A DNA stretch of 49,373 nt from Vezdaea acicularis (lineage: Eukaryota): NCBI GenBank assembly GCA_026025075.1, contig JAPEUI010000118.1:1-49373 (forward strand), read 5' to 3'. The notes under the pieces were generated by a model. The model saw only the letters and a list, made by a program, of their open reading frames with translations, was not told where the DNA came from and made no database searches. Both the position numbers and the translations under genes were made by a program. This document shows, one piece after another, positions 22,954-36,076 of the stretch. How positions within the stretch are numbered: position 1 is the first letter of the stretch; each line of letters begins with the position of its first letter.

Positions 22954-25708
22954 TCAGTACGAGTGCGCTTGCTCTTCAAGTTTCGCGACCATGTCCCCTC
23001 CCAGGTGAGCAATTTCGTTCAAGATAGCGGCTCTATTGATTGTCATGAGATCGGTACCGGCACTTTTATTTATGGTTGGCATCGTCGAGTACGAACAATT
23101 GACCTTGAATGGCCGCGGGCCTGTTTGCGGATTCCACAGCCCTCCAATGACAGATCCCGTCTGGTGATTGCTAAAGAACAGAACGTTACTAGAATAAAGA
23201 CTCTACTGAACATTAGTGGGCGACAGCGTCCGTTGGGATCTGGCCTAACTAACCTGCAGCTCCTCCAGGTACAGCCGTAGGGGCTGGTATCCTGCATAGT
23301 GCTTATCTTTTTGCCCTCCGGCCTGCAAATTTTTGAACATTGGCTGATTTAGATCACCTTCTTGCATCTGCGTCAAGAACTCTGGACGAATATGGATCAC
23401 GAAGTCATAGTCCAATAGAGAATGGGCAAATATTCTTTTTGTGTCCAACTTTGAATTTTCTTCTCCGATAACAGCACATGCTGCTCGTGCCAATGCTGTC
23501 ATTCGCGTTGCAACCACTTTACTAGGCTTGCTATCAGTCCAGGTCCACCCTGCCGGATCGAAGTTGGTGGCTGCAAAAATAACTTTTTGGTGCATACCAG
23601 GGTCAGCCTTTCGCCAAGCATGGAAGCGTGTCATGATCTGGCTCATATCTTTAGTCAAGGTGTCGCTCCCAAAATCTAGAATCAGAGGGGTGTCCCGCCA
23701 ATCCCATTTTGCAAGGAAAGCAAGAGTACGTAAAAAGCCAGTTTGAACAGTAGCTGGTGGGGACCAGGGGTACGGTTGGATGAACGTGCGAACACACAGC
23801 AATTCGATAAGCTCTTCCCGGATATGTGGATTCAAGAGATGGGATGCAAACCACATCTTTGTGATCCTTATAGTAGGCGAGAGGGCTGGGTAGCGAGTTG
23901 AAAGGGACCGGATAGCTTGAGTATGTAAAGGTGCTTGAATGTAATGCCTATGGTATACTGCTCGTGCAAGCGAAGCACTCTCGCTACTTAGAGGATCGAG
24001 GCCTTTTTCAAGGATCTTTCTATCTAGAAGAGCTTCCTCTCGCTCACAGTGAATCCTTACCCGGAAACTAATGCCGTTAGGGTACTGCACATCAAGGAAC
24101 GCGCGATTTAGAAGAGAAGACCGCTCATTCTCAAGACCAACACGGCTCATGAGATATTCCCCAGTCTCCCCTAACATCTCGCTGATCTTAAGAAGTATGG
24201 CTATTTTCGTCTGCTGTATGGCGATAAGTTCATCCGGCCACCGGGTCGAGCCCTCAAATTGTATCAAAACATCTATGGGCTTTCTAATCGATTGAAAGAG
24301 CTGATCCATGGGTAAAGGATCGATGGATGTATAACGAAGTACAGAGCTCACAGGTGAGAGTTGTCGAAGATGTAATGGGAGTCCTTCTAGGTTCCTCACG
24401 TCCTTTTCAAACGTATTAAACGCTTCCAATGCAAAGGCATACTCTTCGAGAGGGCGTGACTCATTGAAGTCACCTAAGAGGATCTCCTCAAACGGATATC
24501 TTAAGAAGCTCACGGTATGAGCGAAGCCTTGTGAGAAATGCCGTTCCAATAGATAGAGAACAATTTGTTCAATGATTGGCCGAGAACTTCGTTTCGAAGA
24601 CCACACGAGGCTTTCCGTGATACTACCATCTTTGAATCTTCGTAATTCTGCTTTCTCGCCCCAGAACTTCCTATATGCTGCTGTCTCACTTTTGTTCTCT
24701 GCAGGTGGCCCATGATCAACAGCCCGAGTCGCGTTTAAAGGCTCCAGCAGAAAGCCTATCTGTATCGAGTTGGACGAGATACTACCCGGCGTGACAAGCT
24801 TCCTATTTCGTGCACTTATGTCTGGTATCATTATGTTAATGAGCTTAACCCTGTCGCCGAGCCCTTGCTTCAGAACTTTATATAGTTCGCCGCAGCATTC
24901 GATGACGGATAGCTCAATATCTGAGGTTGTCTTGCCTTGCGTTAAGCTTGACAGGGGAATGCTGTACCCATACTCAGCTTAACAACCACCCCATTTCGGA
25001 GGTACATTATGAGCTAACCGTAAAAGAATGTCATATTTCTGTATTTCCACGTCCGCTCTTGCGATAAATAATGGTTGGAACTTGTCAGAAGTTTCCTCTT
25101 TAAGCAATTTCAGGCTCTCGCTCGCTTCGAATCGTAACTGTAACTGATCAGCACAGGATAAAGTATCAAAGAACAGTACTGACTCTTTCATATGACCATG
25201 GTGTCATATTTGACATAATGTTGATGCCATTATTGCCATCGACAAAGATGGGATGCTCCAATTGAGAGCGACTAAATTCTCTGGCTTGAAAGTACAGAGG
25301 AGATTCAATTAGATCCCTCGAAGCAAGGAACTGCAGAGTCGCTTTGAAGAGTTGATAGTTACTATATCTAGGCAAGAGGACACTATGCCCAGACGGTGTG
25401 CAGTCTTGGAGAAGGACAGCAACAGCTGATGCCCACTCCGTTCCACCAAACCCGCCGTTACTATGGGAACTTCCAAACCCTCGTTGACGCAGCCAGATAC
25501 TCCCAAGTACACAACAGTCCGCATATCCATTACATTGGACTGCCGTATTCTGGAGCTGATTGTGGAATGAACCGTAGTCGCGGTCAGGTCTAGTCTCTGC
25601 CAATAGCTCATCAACCTGAAGTTTGAAGAGTTCTAGAGGAGCGCCAACGTCCGAGTTATCAGACTTCGGCCCGCTTAAAAGCTTTCTCTTCTTAGGTGAG
25701 GGCACCAT
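22954..25708 (-). CDS. UTP22: U3 snoRNP/UTP-C subunit Utp22 (Nrap family), 4 exons, apparently missing most of the first Nrap domain
   Basis: Motifs LFKLQVDELL, IWLRQRGFGS...GGFG, YQLFKATLQFLA, FWGEKAELRRFKDGSITESLVW, QFEGSTRWPDEL, GFLRTLAFLAKWDWR, GGLWNP and AILNEIAHLGGDMV. Confidence 0.92.
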
Positions 25709-25815
25709 GTCGATGCTGCATAATTAACGAATGATAGGAACCACATTCGCTAAATCTAATAAATTCCTTGCACGCCGCAGGAAACTTTAAGGTTTGCATT
25801 AGCCTAAAATCTAAT

Positions 25816-25876
25816 CTTATCTTATCCCGGCTTGGCAATGTTTCTCGGTAATTCAGGTGCGCAGACCAAAATTTTT
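25816..25876. promoter_or_regulatory. Bidirectional UTP22/STR2 promoter with tandem CTTATC (GATAAG) and an RRPE-like AAAATTTTT element
   Basis: CTTATCTTATC at 25816-25826 and AAAATTTTT at 25868-25876 in the 224-bp head-to-head gap. RRPE-like motifs are typical upstream of ribosome-biogenesis genes. Confidence 0.4.
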
Positions 25877-25932
25877 GGAGAAGCTATCTACGAGCAAATG
25901 CTCTCCACTATCCAAGGTCCACGCGTCTTACA

Positions 25933-28102
25933 ATGCTTTCTGGGACAACTGGCCAAGCCATACCGGCAGATACAGCGCATGTAAGTCTCCAAGGCTGCGT
26001 ATGAGCCATAGATCACAGATAGTCACTAATATGTCTGCGTCTTGGAGAAATAGGCCGTCAGTGTCTCGCTGCCAACATGGAATGCATCGGTGGCCTACGA
26101 GGAGGGGCAAGAATGGGTTTTGAAGAAGATGCAGACTGGATATCCTAGGTAGGAGTCCCTGAGTCCACGTCTCAAGGAAAAGGGACGCTAGAAGGACCGC
26201 TACAGGTTTTACGTGCACAAATGCATCTCAAGCTTCGCACAAGCCCTTTGCAATAACCATGGATCCCCAGGAGAGCAGGCTCTTTTGTTCCCTTCTTTAG
26301 CGGCAGCTTCTAGATGTGCTGAATTTCTTCGCCACCAGCACCAATCGCTCCCATTGCCGGACATCCGCATACTTGAACTCCTTCCCCGCAAGTTAAAGGA
26401 TTTCAGTAACGAGGATTGGACAATAGACCCAAGCATAGCTGCCGTTATCTATCCTTATGAGTTTCAAGAAATAGCGAAGAAGTTCTGGCAGCACACAGGG
26501 GAAGGCGTGTCAAGCCGTCGTGCGGAGTTTTGCTACAAGGCTTACGAAGAGGGCCTGCTTGTTGAGAGACTGGCTGCAGGCAAGCTAAAAGATGCTGGTT
26601 CTTGCAGAGGTCCCAAAAGATATCAGAAGGGCTTTTCAGTCGAAAATGGATGTCTGGACTCATCCGTAAAGAAATCATCTGAAAAGGGGGAGCACTGCCA
26701 ATTCATCGAAGAGAGATTTGGTCGTAATTTAGATTTATCATTCGTTCAGAATGCTAAGCTTGCAATACGAAGACGAATCGCGGGTTCTTTAACTGAAAGG
26801 CCAGACCTGCCCGAAGCTCAGGAGATAATACACGCGCAAAGTAATCGTCAAATGCGGGGGCTTTCTCCAGACGATGTCTATTTATATCCTTCAGGCATGA
26901 ATTCAATCTTCAACACGCACAGAGTTTTGCTCGCCAGTCGAGGCTCCAAAAAAAGCATTTGTTTCGGGTTTGCGTTTGCCATTCCATCTTCTCAAACTTA
27001 CAGCGACTGACTATTAGCATTTAGATTTCCGTATATAGACACTTTAAAGATCTTACAGAAATGGGGACCAGGATGTCTTTTTTATGGGAATGGTGATGAA
27101 AACGACCTGGCCGATCTCGAGCGACGCCTAAGGCGAGGTGAAAAGTACTTAGCCTTATTCAGTGAATTTCCTAGCAACCCCCTCCTGAAATCACCAGACA
27201 TTCAGCGACTCAGCGCACTAGCATGCGAGTTTGACTTTGCTCTTGTTATAGATGAGACCGTGGGGAATTTTCTAAATATTCATGTACTCCCTCACGCAGA
27301 TGTTGTCGTTAGCAGTCTTACAAAGATCTTCAGTGGTGATTGTAATGTAATGGGCGGAAGGTACCTTGCAAACTTTCCTTGTCGCAGAAATACAAGCTAA
27401 CGTTTGAAGTTCTATCTTGAACCCTGCTGGTCGATATTATCAGCTCCTTAAGAAGACTATGGTGACCGAATACGAGGACAATTACTGGGCAGAAGACGCT
27501 ATATTCATGGAACGTAATAGCCGGAACTTTGTTCCTAGAAATAAGGCAATTAACGAATCTGCAGAAGCTGTCTGCGATACGCTGAGAGCTCACCCCAGAG
27601 GTAAGTCGCCCTTCGCTCGCAATGATTTGCTCTAACGCGTTACTAGTTAAGGATGTATACTATCCGAAGTATAGCCCAACTAGGGCAAATTATGAGTATT
27701 GTCGTAACACTCATGGAGGCTATGGTGGCCTTCTTTCCGTTACCTTTTTCTTGGCGTCCGACGCCGCGGTGTTCTTTGATAATCTGGAGACGGCTAAGGG
27801 GCCGAGTTTAGGGACCAACTTTACTTTGAGGTACATCTAACCAAAAAGTATCAAACACTCAGACGGTTTAACATCTTCATAGTTGCCCCTACACGATTCT
27901 AGCGCATTTCGGTGAATTAGACTGGGTAGGTCCATTTCAACGGTCCCGTCTCATCTCACGCATTAACCTTCCGCAGGCAGCGAAGTACGGTGTGGAGGCA
28001 GATTTAGTCCGGGTAAGTATTGGCTTGGAGGAAAGTAAAAGTCTGGTCGAGATATTTAAGAGGGCCCTAGCTGTCGTTGAGGCGTCCCATCCGTCGACGT
28101 AG
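25933..28102 (+). CDS. STR2: Cystathionine gamma-synthase (PLP-dependent), about 8 exons
   Basis: [78 protein letters not shown] (PLP Lys), [11 protein letters not shown] and LVRVSIGLE. Confidence 0.93.
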
Positions 28103-29347
28103 TTTGTGCATGAAACATCGCTGGTCGAAAGGTCAGGATGATCAATACGAGACTGAGCGTCCGATGATGGGATCACGTTCATGATTAACATGTGGTACAA
28201 CGTGGGAGGCGATAGAGCCTTAATCTATACAATACGATGAAGTCTTTGGTTCTTCGGATCCGGTGTAGTATAATCTTAGGGCTTAACACACATTAGAGCA
28301 AAGTCAGGCCATGATCCCAAACTTATGACCAGTCCAGGGCAAGAAATAGCTTGCAAAATGAATTATGGGTGCATAACAATGGGCCTACGGCATGTCAGCA
28401 CAATTGTTCGCGCTGTTTAGATGAAGAAATCTCAAGATCTTCGTAAGATGTGAGCAGGCAACAGACTGAGCTCTATACGGTATGAGGCAAGATCGAACCA
28501 TTAAGGTCGACGAGCAGTGATATGCTATAGTAGGGAATAGATGTTCATGTATCAGTGAACATTCTCTTCAATAAATCTAGGAGTAGGTTGTGACAAGGGT
28601 TTTGATTTCAACAGTTGATACTCCTTGCACCGTAATCAAACCATCGAGAGCTATATCCATTCAACAGGTTTTATGGCCCGCAGGCTATCAATGACCTACA
28701 GCACTACACCTACCTGCAATCAGTGCTTTCGAAAGAATTGGCCGATAATGTACCGTTCCGTATCTAACCACGCGGAATGGGTACGCCAGCACAGTTCCGC
28801 ATTTCATTTGTAATTGTCTTGTATAAACCCGTACATCACATTGGATTTTCTTTCCTAGAAATTTAAATAATTTCATCATTCAAAAATCAGTTAAAAATCC
28901 ATTTAAAATGGTAGACCTCCCGAGAATCCTTTTCAGAGTTTATTTGGCGTTCCAAAGGTATCCTGAAGTGACGGTGGTTCACGGATCAATATCGTAGGCG
29001 AGAGATCGCGTCGCGTCTCCCCGTTAATTGATGGCTTGACTCTGACAAAAGAGTTGGAAAGATCGCCTGTCTCATAATTCCCAGGACACGGGATCTATTT
29101 ACCTTGCAATAGGCGCTATGGCTCTTCAAAGACCGGAGTAATAACACTCTTTGAGTCCGAAAGCTACCTCACCACTTCTGGGTTTGGAGAGGCTTCAGAC
29201 GCCGTCATTTGGTCGCATCCGCGTAGAATTCGCAGATGATTTCGAAAATTCCAGAACCGTCTACCACACAATCCTCTTTGACTCGCTGGATGTATATGCC
29301 AAGAAAGTTCGGAGCAGCGTACGGTTACAATTCTAGACCAGGACATC

Positions 29348-32300
29348 ATGGCGCCAATGAAGCGCCCAAGACCTCATACGAACGAAGTGAACTCAGAGCT
29401 CACAGGAGTAGATAGTGCCACCTCAAACTTCCGAGGTATATCTGTACGTGTCAGGCGCAGTATGAGACTACCCAGCTAACATTTCCAAGAACAAAAAAGC
29501 CCGAGTAAGCGACTCCCGCTCCAGTCAGGCCAGGAGACTGCCCGCTCGAAATGCGTCCTCCAGCAAAGATAGTGATGGAGATGACTCTGAAAACAATGCT
29601 GGTAGCCGTGGTCAAAGAAGGGGGCTGGAGAACCTAGAATTCCAGGAAGAGATTCAAACAGAAGATGAAGATCTCGACACAGAACGGGCAACGCAAATGA
29701 TCGAGGAACGCAATCAACGAGTTATAACGAATAGGCCCGCAGAGAATGGGATCATCCATTCCATTACGTGCATCAACTTTATGTGTCATGCCAAGCTCCA
29801 GGTCAAATTGGGACCCCTCATGAACTTCATCATTGGGCGTAACGGCAGTGGCAAGAGTGCCGTTTTGACTGCTATCACACTCTGTCTTGGTGGCCGAGCA
29901 ACTGCAACAAATCGGGGGCAGAGCCTCAAAAGTTTTATTAAGGAAGGGGAAAAGTACGTAACAAGCACTGACTGATTGACATTCCCTATCTGCTGACTTC
30001 TGTAAGCAATGCAACTCTTATTGTTAAGCTAAAGAACTACGGCTACAGCGGGTTTCAACAGGAAAAGTATGGCGACTGGATTGTAGTCGAGCGTTCTTTC
30101 TCAAGGACTGGTGCATCCTCTTTCAAACTGAAGAGTGATCAAGGAGCTGTCGTTTCGCAGAGGAAAGCTGACCTTGACGAGATATGCGACTATTTTGCCC
30201 TACAGCTAGACAATCCAATGAATGTACTTACACAGGACAACGCAAGACAATTTCTCAATAGTTCAGACCCGGCGGAGAAATATCGATTTTTTGTCAAAGG
30301 AGTCCATCTAGAGCAGTTAGACAAGGACTATGTACTCCTCCGGCAGGTAATAGATAATATTGAGATCAAAATTGAGACGCGAAATGGAGATGTGAGCATA
30401 CTTGAAAGTAAAGCGAAAAAAGCTGCGAGTCGATCAGCAATATCAAGGCAATTCGACGATATGCGAGAGAAGATCGAGGCTTACGGGAATCAGATGGCTT
30501 GGGCTCAGGTCGAAGAGCAAGAAAAGGTTTGTCTAGGAAAGCCTACCGATCGACCTAGCTCACTTTAAGGCAGATACGGCAAGAGATCGAAGATGAGCTT
30601 GTCCGAAACGAGGAGCAAATTCTAGCTGCTGAGAAAAGACAGCTCACATCTGAACGAGGATACGAGGAGGCAAATGCAAGCTCAGAACGCGCTGTACGTA
30701 CTGTAGATGAGGTAAAAGAGGCTCTGCGGCCGATTAAGAATGAGCAAGAACGTCTTAAGGCGGACTTTCAGAAGACTAAAGACGACCTTCAAGCATCGTT
30801 GGTACGTTGTCAGCGACTGATTTTAGTGCTACTTTCTAATATGTGAAATAGCGCGAAGAACGTATGATCCGAGAATACATGAAGACTGCGAGGGTGAATA
30901 TTAAGAAAGCAAACGACGATATCGCACTGGAACTGCGACGCCTTGAAGAAAGAAACGGTGGTAGTCACGCTGAGCGTCTTGCAGAAATTGAGGCTTCGAG
31001 AGCGCAGGCTACTGAGGCGAGGAGAATATACGAAGAACATAACGAAAAACTACCTGCACTTGAAGAAGTGAGACGAGAGGCAGAGATGGCACTGCAGCGG
31101 TCTAAAGAGGCTTTGGAGCCCAAAAGAGCTGAGATCAGAATCTGTGAAGAACGCATTTCTAATCTTCAGCGAAATCGCAATGAACAGGCCAGCGCGTTCC
31201 CTCCAGGTATGCCACAGCTCTTACGCGCCATTAAAGAGGATGCGGGCTTTCGGGAGCAACCTGTGGGTCCAATAGGCAAGCACATTCGACTTCTGAAGCC
31301 GGTGTGGTCTTCGATACTGGAGAAGTCATTTGGTGCTACTCTAAATGGTTTCATCGTTACCAGTAAACAGGATCAGATACGGCTGTCAGGTCTCATGCGA
31401 AAAGTAAATTGGTAATTGAACGAGACATCCCTATTTGCCTGCGTGTCACTGACAGAAAATAGTAATAACTGTCCGGTTCTTATTGGCAATAACACCCCAA
31501 TTGACACTTCAAACACTGAGCCTGACCCGGAATTTCTTACTACTTTGAGAGCTCTTGAGATTGATAATGACCTCGTTGCAAAGCAGCTTATTATTAATAA
31601 TGCGATCGAACAGACGATCCTAATTGAGAGTCGCGAAGACGCGGAGCATGTCATGTTTGGCGGCCCTAGGCTTCGAAATGTGAAGCAGTGCTTCTCCCTC
31701 AATGATGCTAAGCGCGGATGGGGTGTTCGAGTGGCGCTAACGCGAGGAGGGGAAGCTTCTACGGCACCAATGCCCGCATGGGAAGGCAGACCACGAATGG
31801 GGACAGACATAGAGGCTCAGATTGGGTATGGCACGCCATACTACACCCCTTACAGCGTAGGCTAAGATTCATTAGTTATCAACGGGACAATCTTCAGCAT
31901 CTGAAACGAGAATTGAATGGCCTTGGGAGTCGAGTTAGGGAGGTTCAAGCACAGGTCTTACAGTCACGACAGGCTATTGAGCGCCACCATCGACAGAAGA
32001 ACGATCTAAAAATGCAATTGCAGGAATGCGAAGAGAAAACCGATAAGCTGCAAGAAGACCTAGATCAGGATAGCGTGGAAGGGGGACGGCTGGATGCTTT
32101 AAGGCAAGGCTTGAAGGAGGCTGAGGACGAGAAAGCACATTATGAACATCAATTTGAAGACTCCGTGATCTCAAGAGATAGGCTCAACGAAGAAAGCGCG
32201 GGTTTGAGAAGGCAGTTGGAGGACATTAGCACGAACTTGATCAGTGGAGAGGCAAAACTTAAGAAAGCGGAAGTGGAGTTGCTAAAGCTGCAGAATCAGC

Positions 32301-33389
32301 GCCAAGCTGCGCTTGAGGCCAAGAACTCAGCCTTTGACGATGTCAACGAGACAAGAGAAGAAAGGGATAAAACGAGCGCAAAGCACGAAGCCCAGGAAGC
32401 TCTCATTATTGACTACACGCGCCAAGCCGAGGAGATTAGTGCGCGTGTGGAAGTGGATCCCGGAGAAACCCCCGACAGCTTGGATAGAAAGCTGACAAAA
32501 CTATCAGAGGATCTGAAAAGGTTTCAGAAGAAGTATGTCCCCAAAGTCCTCACCTGCCATATATGCTAACACAGTTTGAGGATTGGCGCTACGCAAGAGG
32601 AAATAGAGATTGAAGCTGCAAACACACATCTCGCGTTTGAGACAGCTAAGGAGCAGGTTACCGAGCTACAGGACTTAGCTGACGTAAGGAATGCTGTTGT
32701 CCATGGTCATGTTCTGTGCTGATCTAGCGTAATCATAGTTATTGAAGGGGGCATTAATGGAGCGTCGCGCCAGGTGGAACAAGTTTCAAAGATTCATCTC
32801 TGCTCGAGCCAGGGCTCAATTCACCTACCTCTTGAGCGAACGTAGTTTCAGAGGTATGCTCAAAACCGATCATGTGAATCGACTCCTGGATCTCCACATT
32901 GAGCCCGATGAGACCAAGACCTCAGGTGCCGGTCGGCAAACAAAGACCCTGTCGGGTGGAGAGAAGTCATTCTCGACGATATGTCTGCTTTTGTCGCTAT
33001 GGGAAGCTATGGGTTCTCCAATACGATGTCTCGATGAGTTGTGAGTCTCTTCCCATGTTGGATGTATCAGCCCTCTGACTAGACTAGTGATGTTTTCATG
33101 GACAATGTCAACCGTGACATCAGTATGAACATGCTCGTGGGTTTTGCCAATTTTTTTTTGCAGAACCTTGATTAATCCCTTTTTAGATTACTGCAGCAGA
33201 ACGATCCGTTGGACGGCAATTTATCCTCATTACGCCGTTGGACATTAGCAACGCAAGACACCAATCGAAAAACGTGAAGATTATTAAGTAAAGCTCATGT
33301 TGATTCTGGGTGAAATGTTACTGACAATGTATAGACTTGGAGACCCAGAACGAGGGCAGCAAGTACTACCGTTCGGCACAAGTGACTAA
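29348..33389 (+). CDS. SMC6: Structural maintenance of chromosomes protein 6 (Smc5/6 complex), many exons
   Basis: NFMCH, Walker A IIGRNGSGKSAVLTA, TNRGQSLKSFIK, NVLTQDNARQFL, hinge PVGPIGKHI, signature LSGGEKSFSTICLLLSLW, Walker B RCLDE(F/L)DVFMD and QFILITP. Confidence 0.95.
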
Positions 33390-34354
33390 GTACTACGTCC
33401 CCAGCTTTCGTGTATTTAATACACTCAACGATTGCCATAAGGAAATAACTCTAGGGAGCAGATCTTTTAGTCTAGCTTAGTCCTCTCCCAAGCAGCACCC
33501 AGTACTGCCCACCTTCGGTATTAGTGAGGATTAAATATGTGTACCCAACCTACCGCGACAACTGCTCTTATCTTGGTAGAAGTGCTTTTACATCAGTGGA
33601 CTTTGAGTGCCTGGCCCTAAATGTCCCTGTCTTGATCCGGTAATTTGGTCCTAAATACAATCGATAGTGTAAAAGACGGAGGGGTATTTGAGTGTAGCAT
33701 TGGTCGAAATGGAATGACAACCTTTCGAGAGCCGATGTGCAACGATTGGTGCTAGGCTCGCTAGGCTGCAGGGATATGTTGCGGGAGACCCTAGCCTGAT
33801 TTTGCCTCGCCAGCCGCAGGTACACCACAGGAAACTTGAACTGCTCGAAAGCCTATCTCTCTCCTGGTGCATACATTCTCAGCCCTCTTCAACAAAACCA
33901 TTTGTGAACGCCGCGGAAGCTCTCCAAATTTTGCGGAAGAATATATTCGACCTGCTGTCTGGCTCTCACTGCTACCTAGGACCCACACTAAATTAAAGTT
34001 TGAACACGCAAAGAAGCTACCCTTTCAAGGACAACGATTGACGTCCTGGGAGAACTTTCACGATCCACACAACACTCCGACTCGATAGAAAATTATAACA
34101 ACCGCTTCCTACAGCTCATTATACTCCGAGAACCCTCTTACCACTACGCCATCTACATTCTCGATTCAATCGAGACATTTTGCCCTTCACGTTAGTGAGG
34201 AAAACAGCCAATACATGAAACTTCCCTTCGTTGATATACCTGAAGCGGCCACTGTATACGGAGCGATCGTCATACCTACTCTGATACACGTGGATTTGAG
34301 TCCTTACTCCTTCGTCTCAGCAGAGTGTTACTTCGGCTTCACAGGTGGCACATA

Positions 34355-36076
34355 ATGGCTGGAGCAACGGTCGATCAATTGGCGTCTATGACACTTGGGT
34401 ACGTTGCAACTTAGCACTCGACCATCTATTGATCTGACAAATCTGGCCTTTGCAGCAATGGAACACAGGAGGGAAGCTGGAAAGGAAAATTGAAAGCTCC
34501 AGTGAAAGATAGTCGTCCGCAAACCGAGGTATTATCCCTTTTGTCCTTCAAAGTCCTTATGCTGAATAACAGAAGGATGTCACTGATACCAAAGGCCTTG
34601 AATTTGAGGACTTCCAAATCAACCGCGATTTGTTGATGGGTATTTTCGAAGCTGGGTTTGAAAAGCCCTCACCAATACAGGAAGAGACCATTCCGGTTGC
34701 TCTCGCAGGGCGAGACATCTTAGCCCGTGCAAAGAATGGGACAGGTAAGACGGGTGCATTCGTCATACCAATACTTGACAAAATCGATCCAAAGAGCTCC
34801 AAAATTCAAGCTATGATTCTGGTACCTACTCGAGAATTAGCACTCCAGACATCGCAGGTCTGTAAAATGCTGGGAAAGCACCTTAAGATAAATGTCATGG
34901 TCACTACAGGTGGCACCAATCTAAAAGACGACATTATGCGGCTTGAAGAAGCAGTTCATATCATCGTTGGGACGCCTGGCAGGATCCTTGACCTTGCGGA
35001 CAAAGGACTTGCAAAGCTGAAGGACTGCCGTTCGTTCGTTATGGACGAAGCAGATAAACTTCTCTCGGCCGAATTTACTGTAGTGATTGAGCGACTCCTG
35101 GCCCATCTTCCATTTGACCGCCAGGTTATGCTCTTCAGTGCGACCTTCCCTATGATCGTTAAGGTCTTCAAGGTATGACCCTATATTTTGTGACAATTGA
35201 AAGTTCCATGCTCATGAGCCCTAGGATAAATGGATGAGCCAGCCTTACGAAATCAACCTCATGGACGAGCTGACGCTTCGTGGCATTACTCAATATTACG
35301 CCTTCGTGGAGGAGAAACAGAAAGTCCACTGTCTGAATACTCTTTTCTCGAAGCTCCAGATAAACCAGTCCATCATCTTCTGCAATTCAACTAATCGTGT
35401 GGAGCTTCTCGCAAAGAAAATTACTGAACTCGGGTACTCCTGCTATTACAGTCATGCGCGTATGCTTCAACAGAGCCGAAACCGTGTCTTCCATGACTTT
35501 CGCAATGGCGCATGTCGAAACCTAGTGTGCTCGGATCTTTTGACTCGTGGTATCGATATCCAGGCCGTTAACGTCGTTATCAACTTCGACTTTCCCAAGA
35601 ATGCTGAGACATATCTTCATCGCATTGGTAGGTCTGGACGGTTTGGCCATCTTGGCTTGGCTATAAACCTCATCAACTGGGATGACCGCTTCAACCTGTA
35701 TAAGATTGAGCAGGAGCTGGGTACAGAGATCCAACCTATTCCGCAATCAATTGATAAGAAGTTGTACGTTTATGATGCTCCGGAGAACATTCCACGACCG
35801 ATGAATACTGCACCTCAATCGCAGTCGATTGGCTCAAACCAGCAACAAATTCCTGGTTCAAACACGCGACGCTCCCAGGGCTCTCGAAACCCTACAAATG
35901 GACGTCAGTCGAGTCAAGGCCAGTCGCAGGGACAGACGGATCAACGCCAGTCCGGGAGTAACCAAAGAAACCAGTATCCAAGCCAGCGAGGTGGCAGGAT
36001 TCGAGGTCAGCAAGGTCGCCAGAATGAAGGTGGCAAACTGCAAGAAAGCCAGCAGGCACCTCTGCAAAGCCAATAA
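34355..36076 (+). CDS. DHH1: DEAD-box RNA helicase Dhh1/DDX6 (decapping activator) with Q/S/G-rich C-terminal tail
   Basis: [65 protein letters not shown] and [10 protein letters not shown]. Confidence 0.97.

Noticed and set aside
28244..28275. GATCCGGTGTAGTA resembling the U2 snRNA branch-recognition sequence or a tRNA 5' end
   Set aside because: Flanks do not match U2 (no GCCTTTTGGC stem, TCTGTTCTT or Sm site). There is no B-box or cloverleaf.
28485..28505. GGTTCGATC B-box-like motif on the minus strand
   Set aside because: No T-stem pairing or acceptor stem, so not a tRNA.
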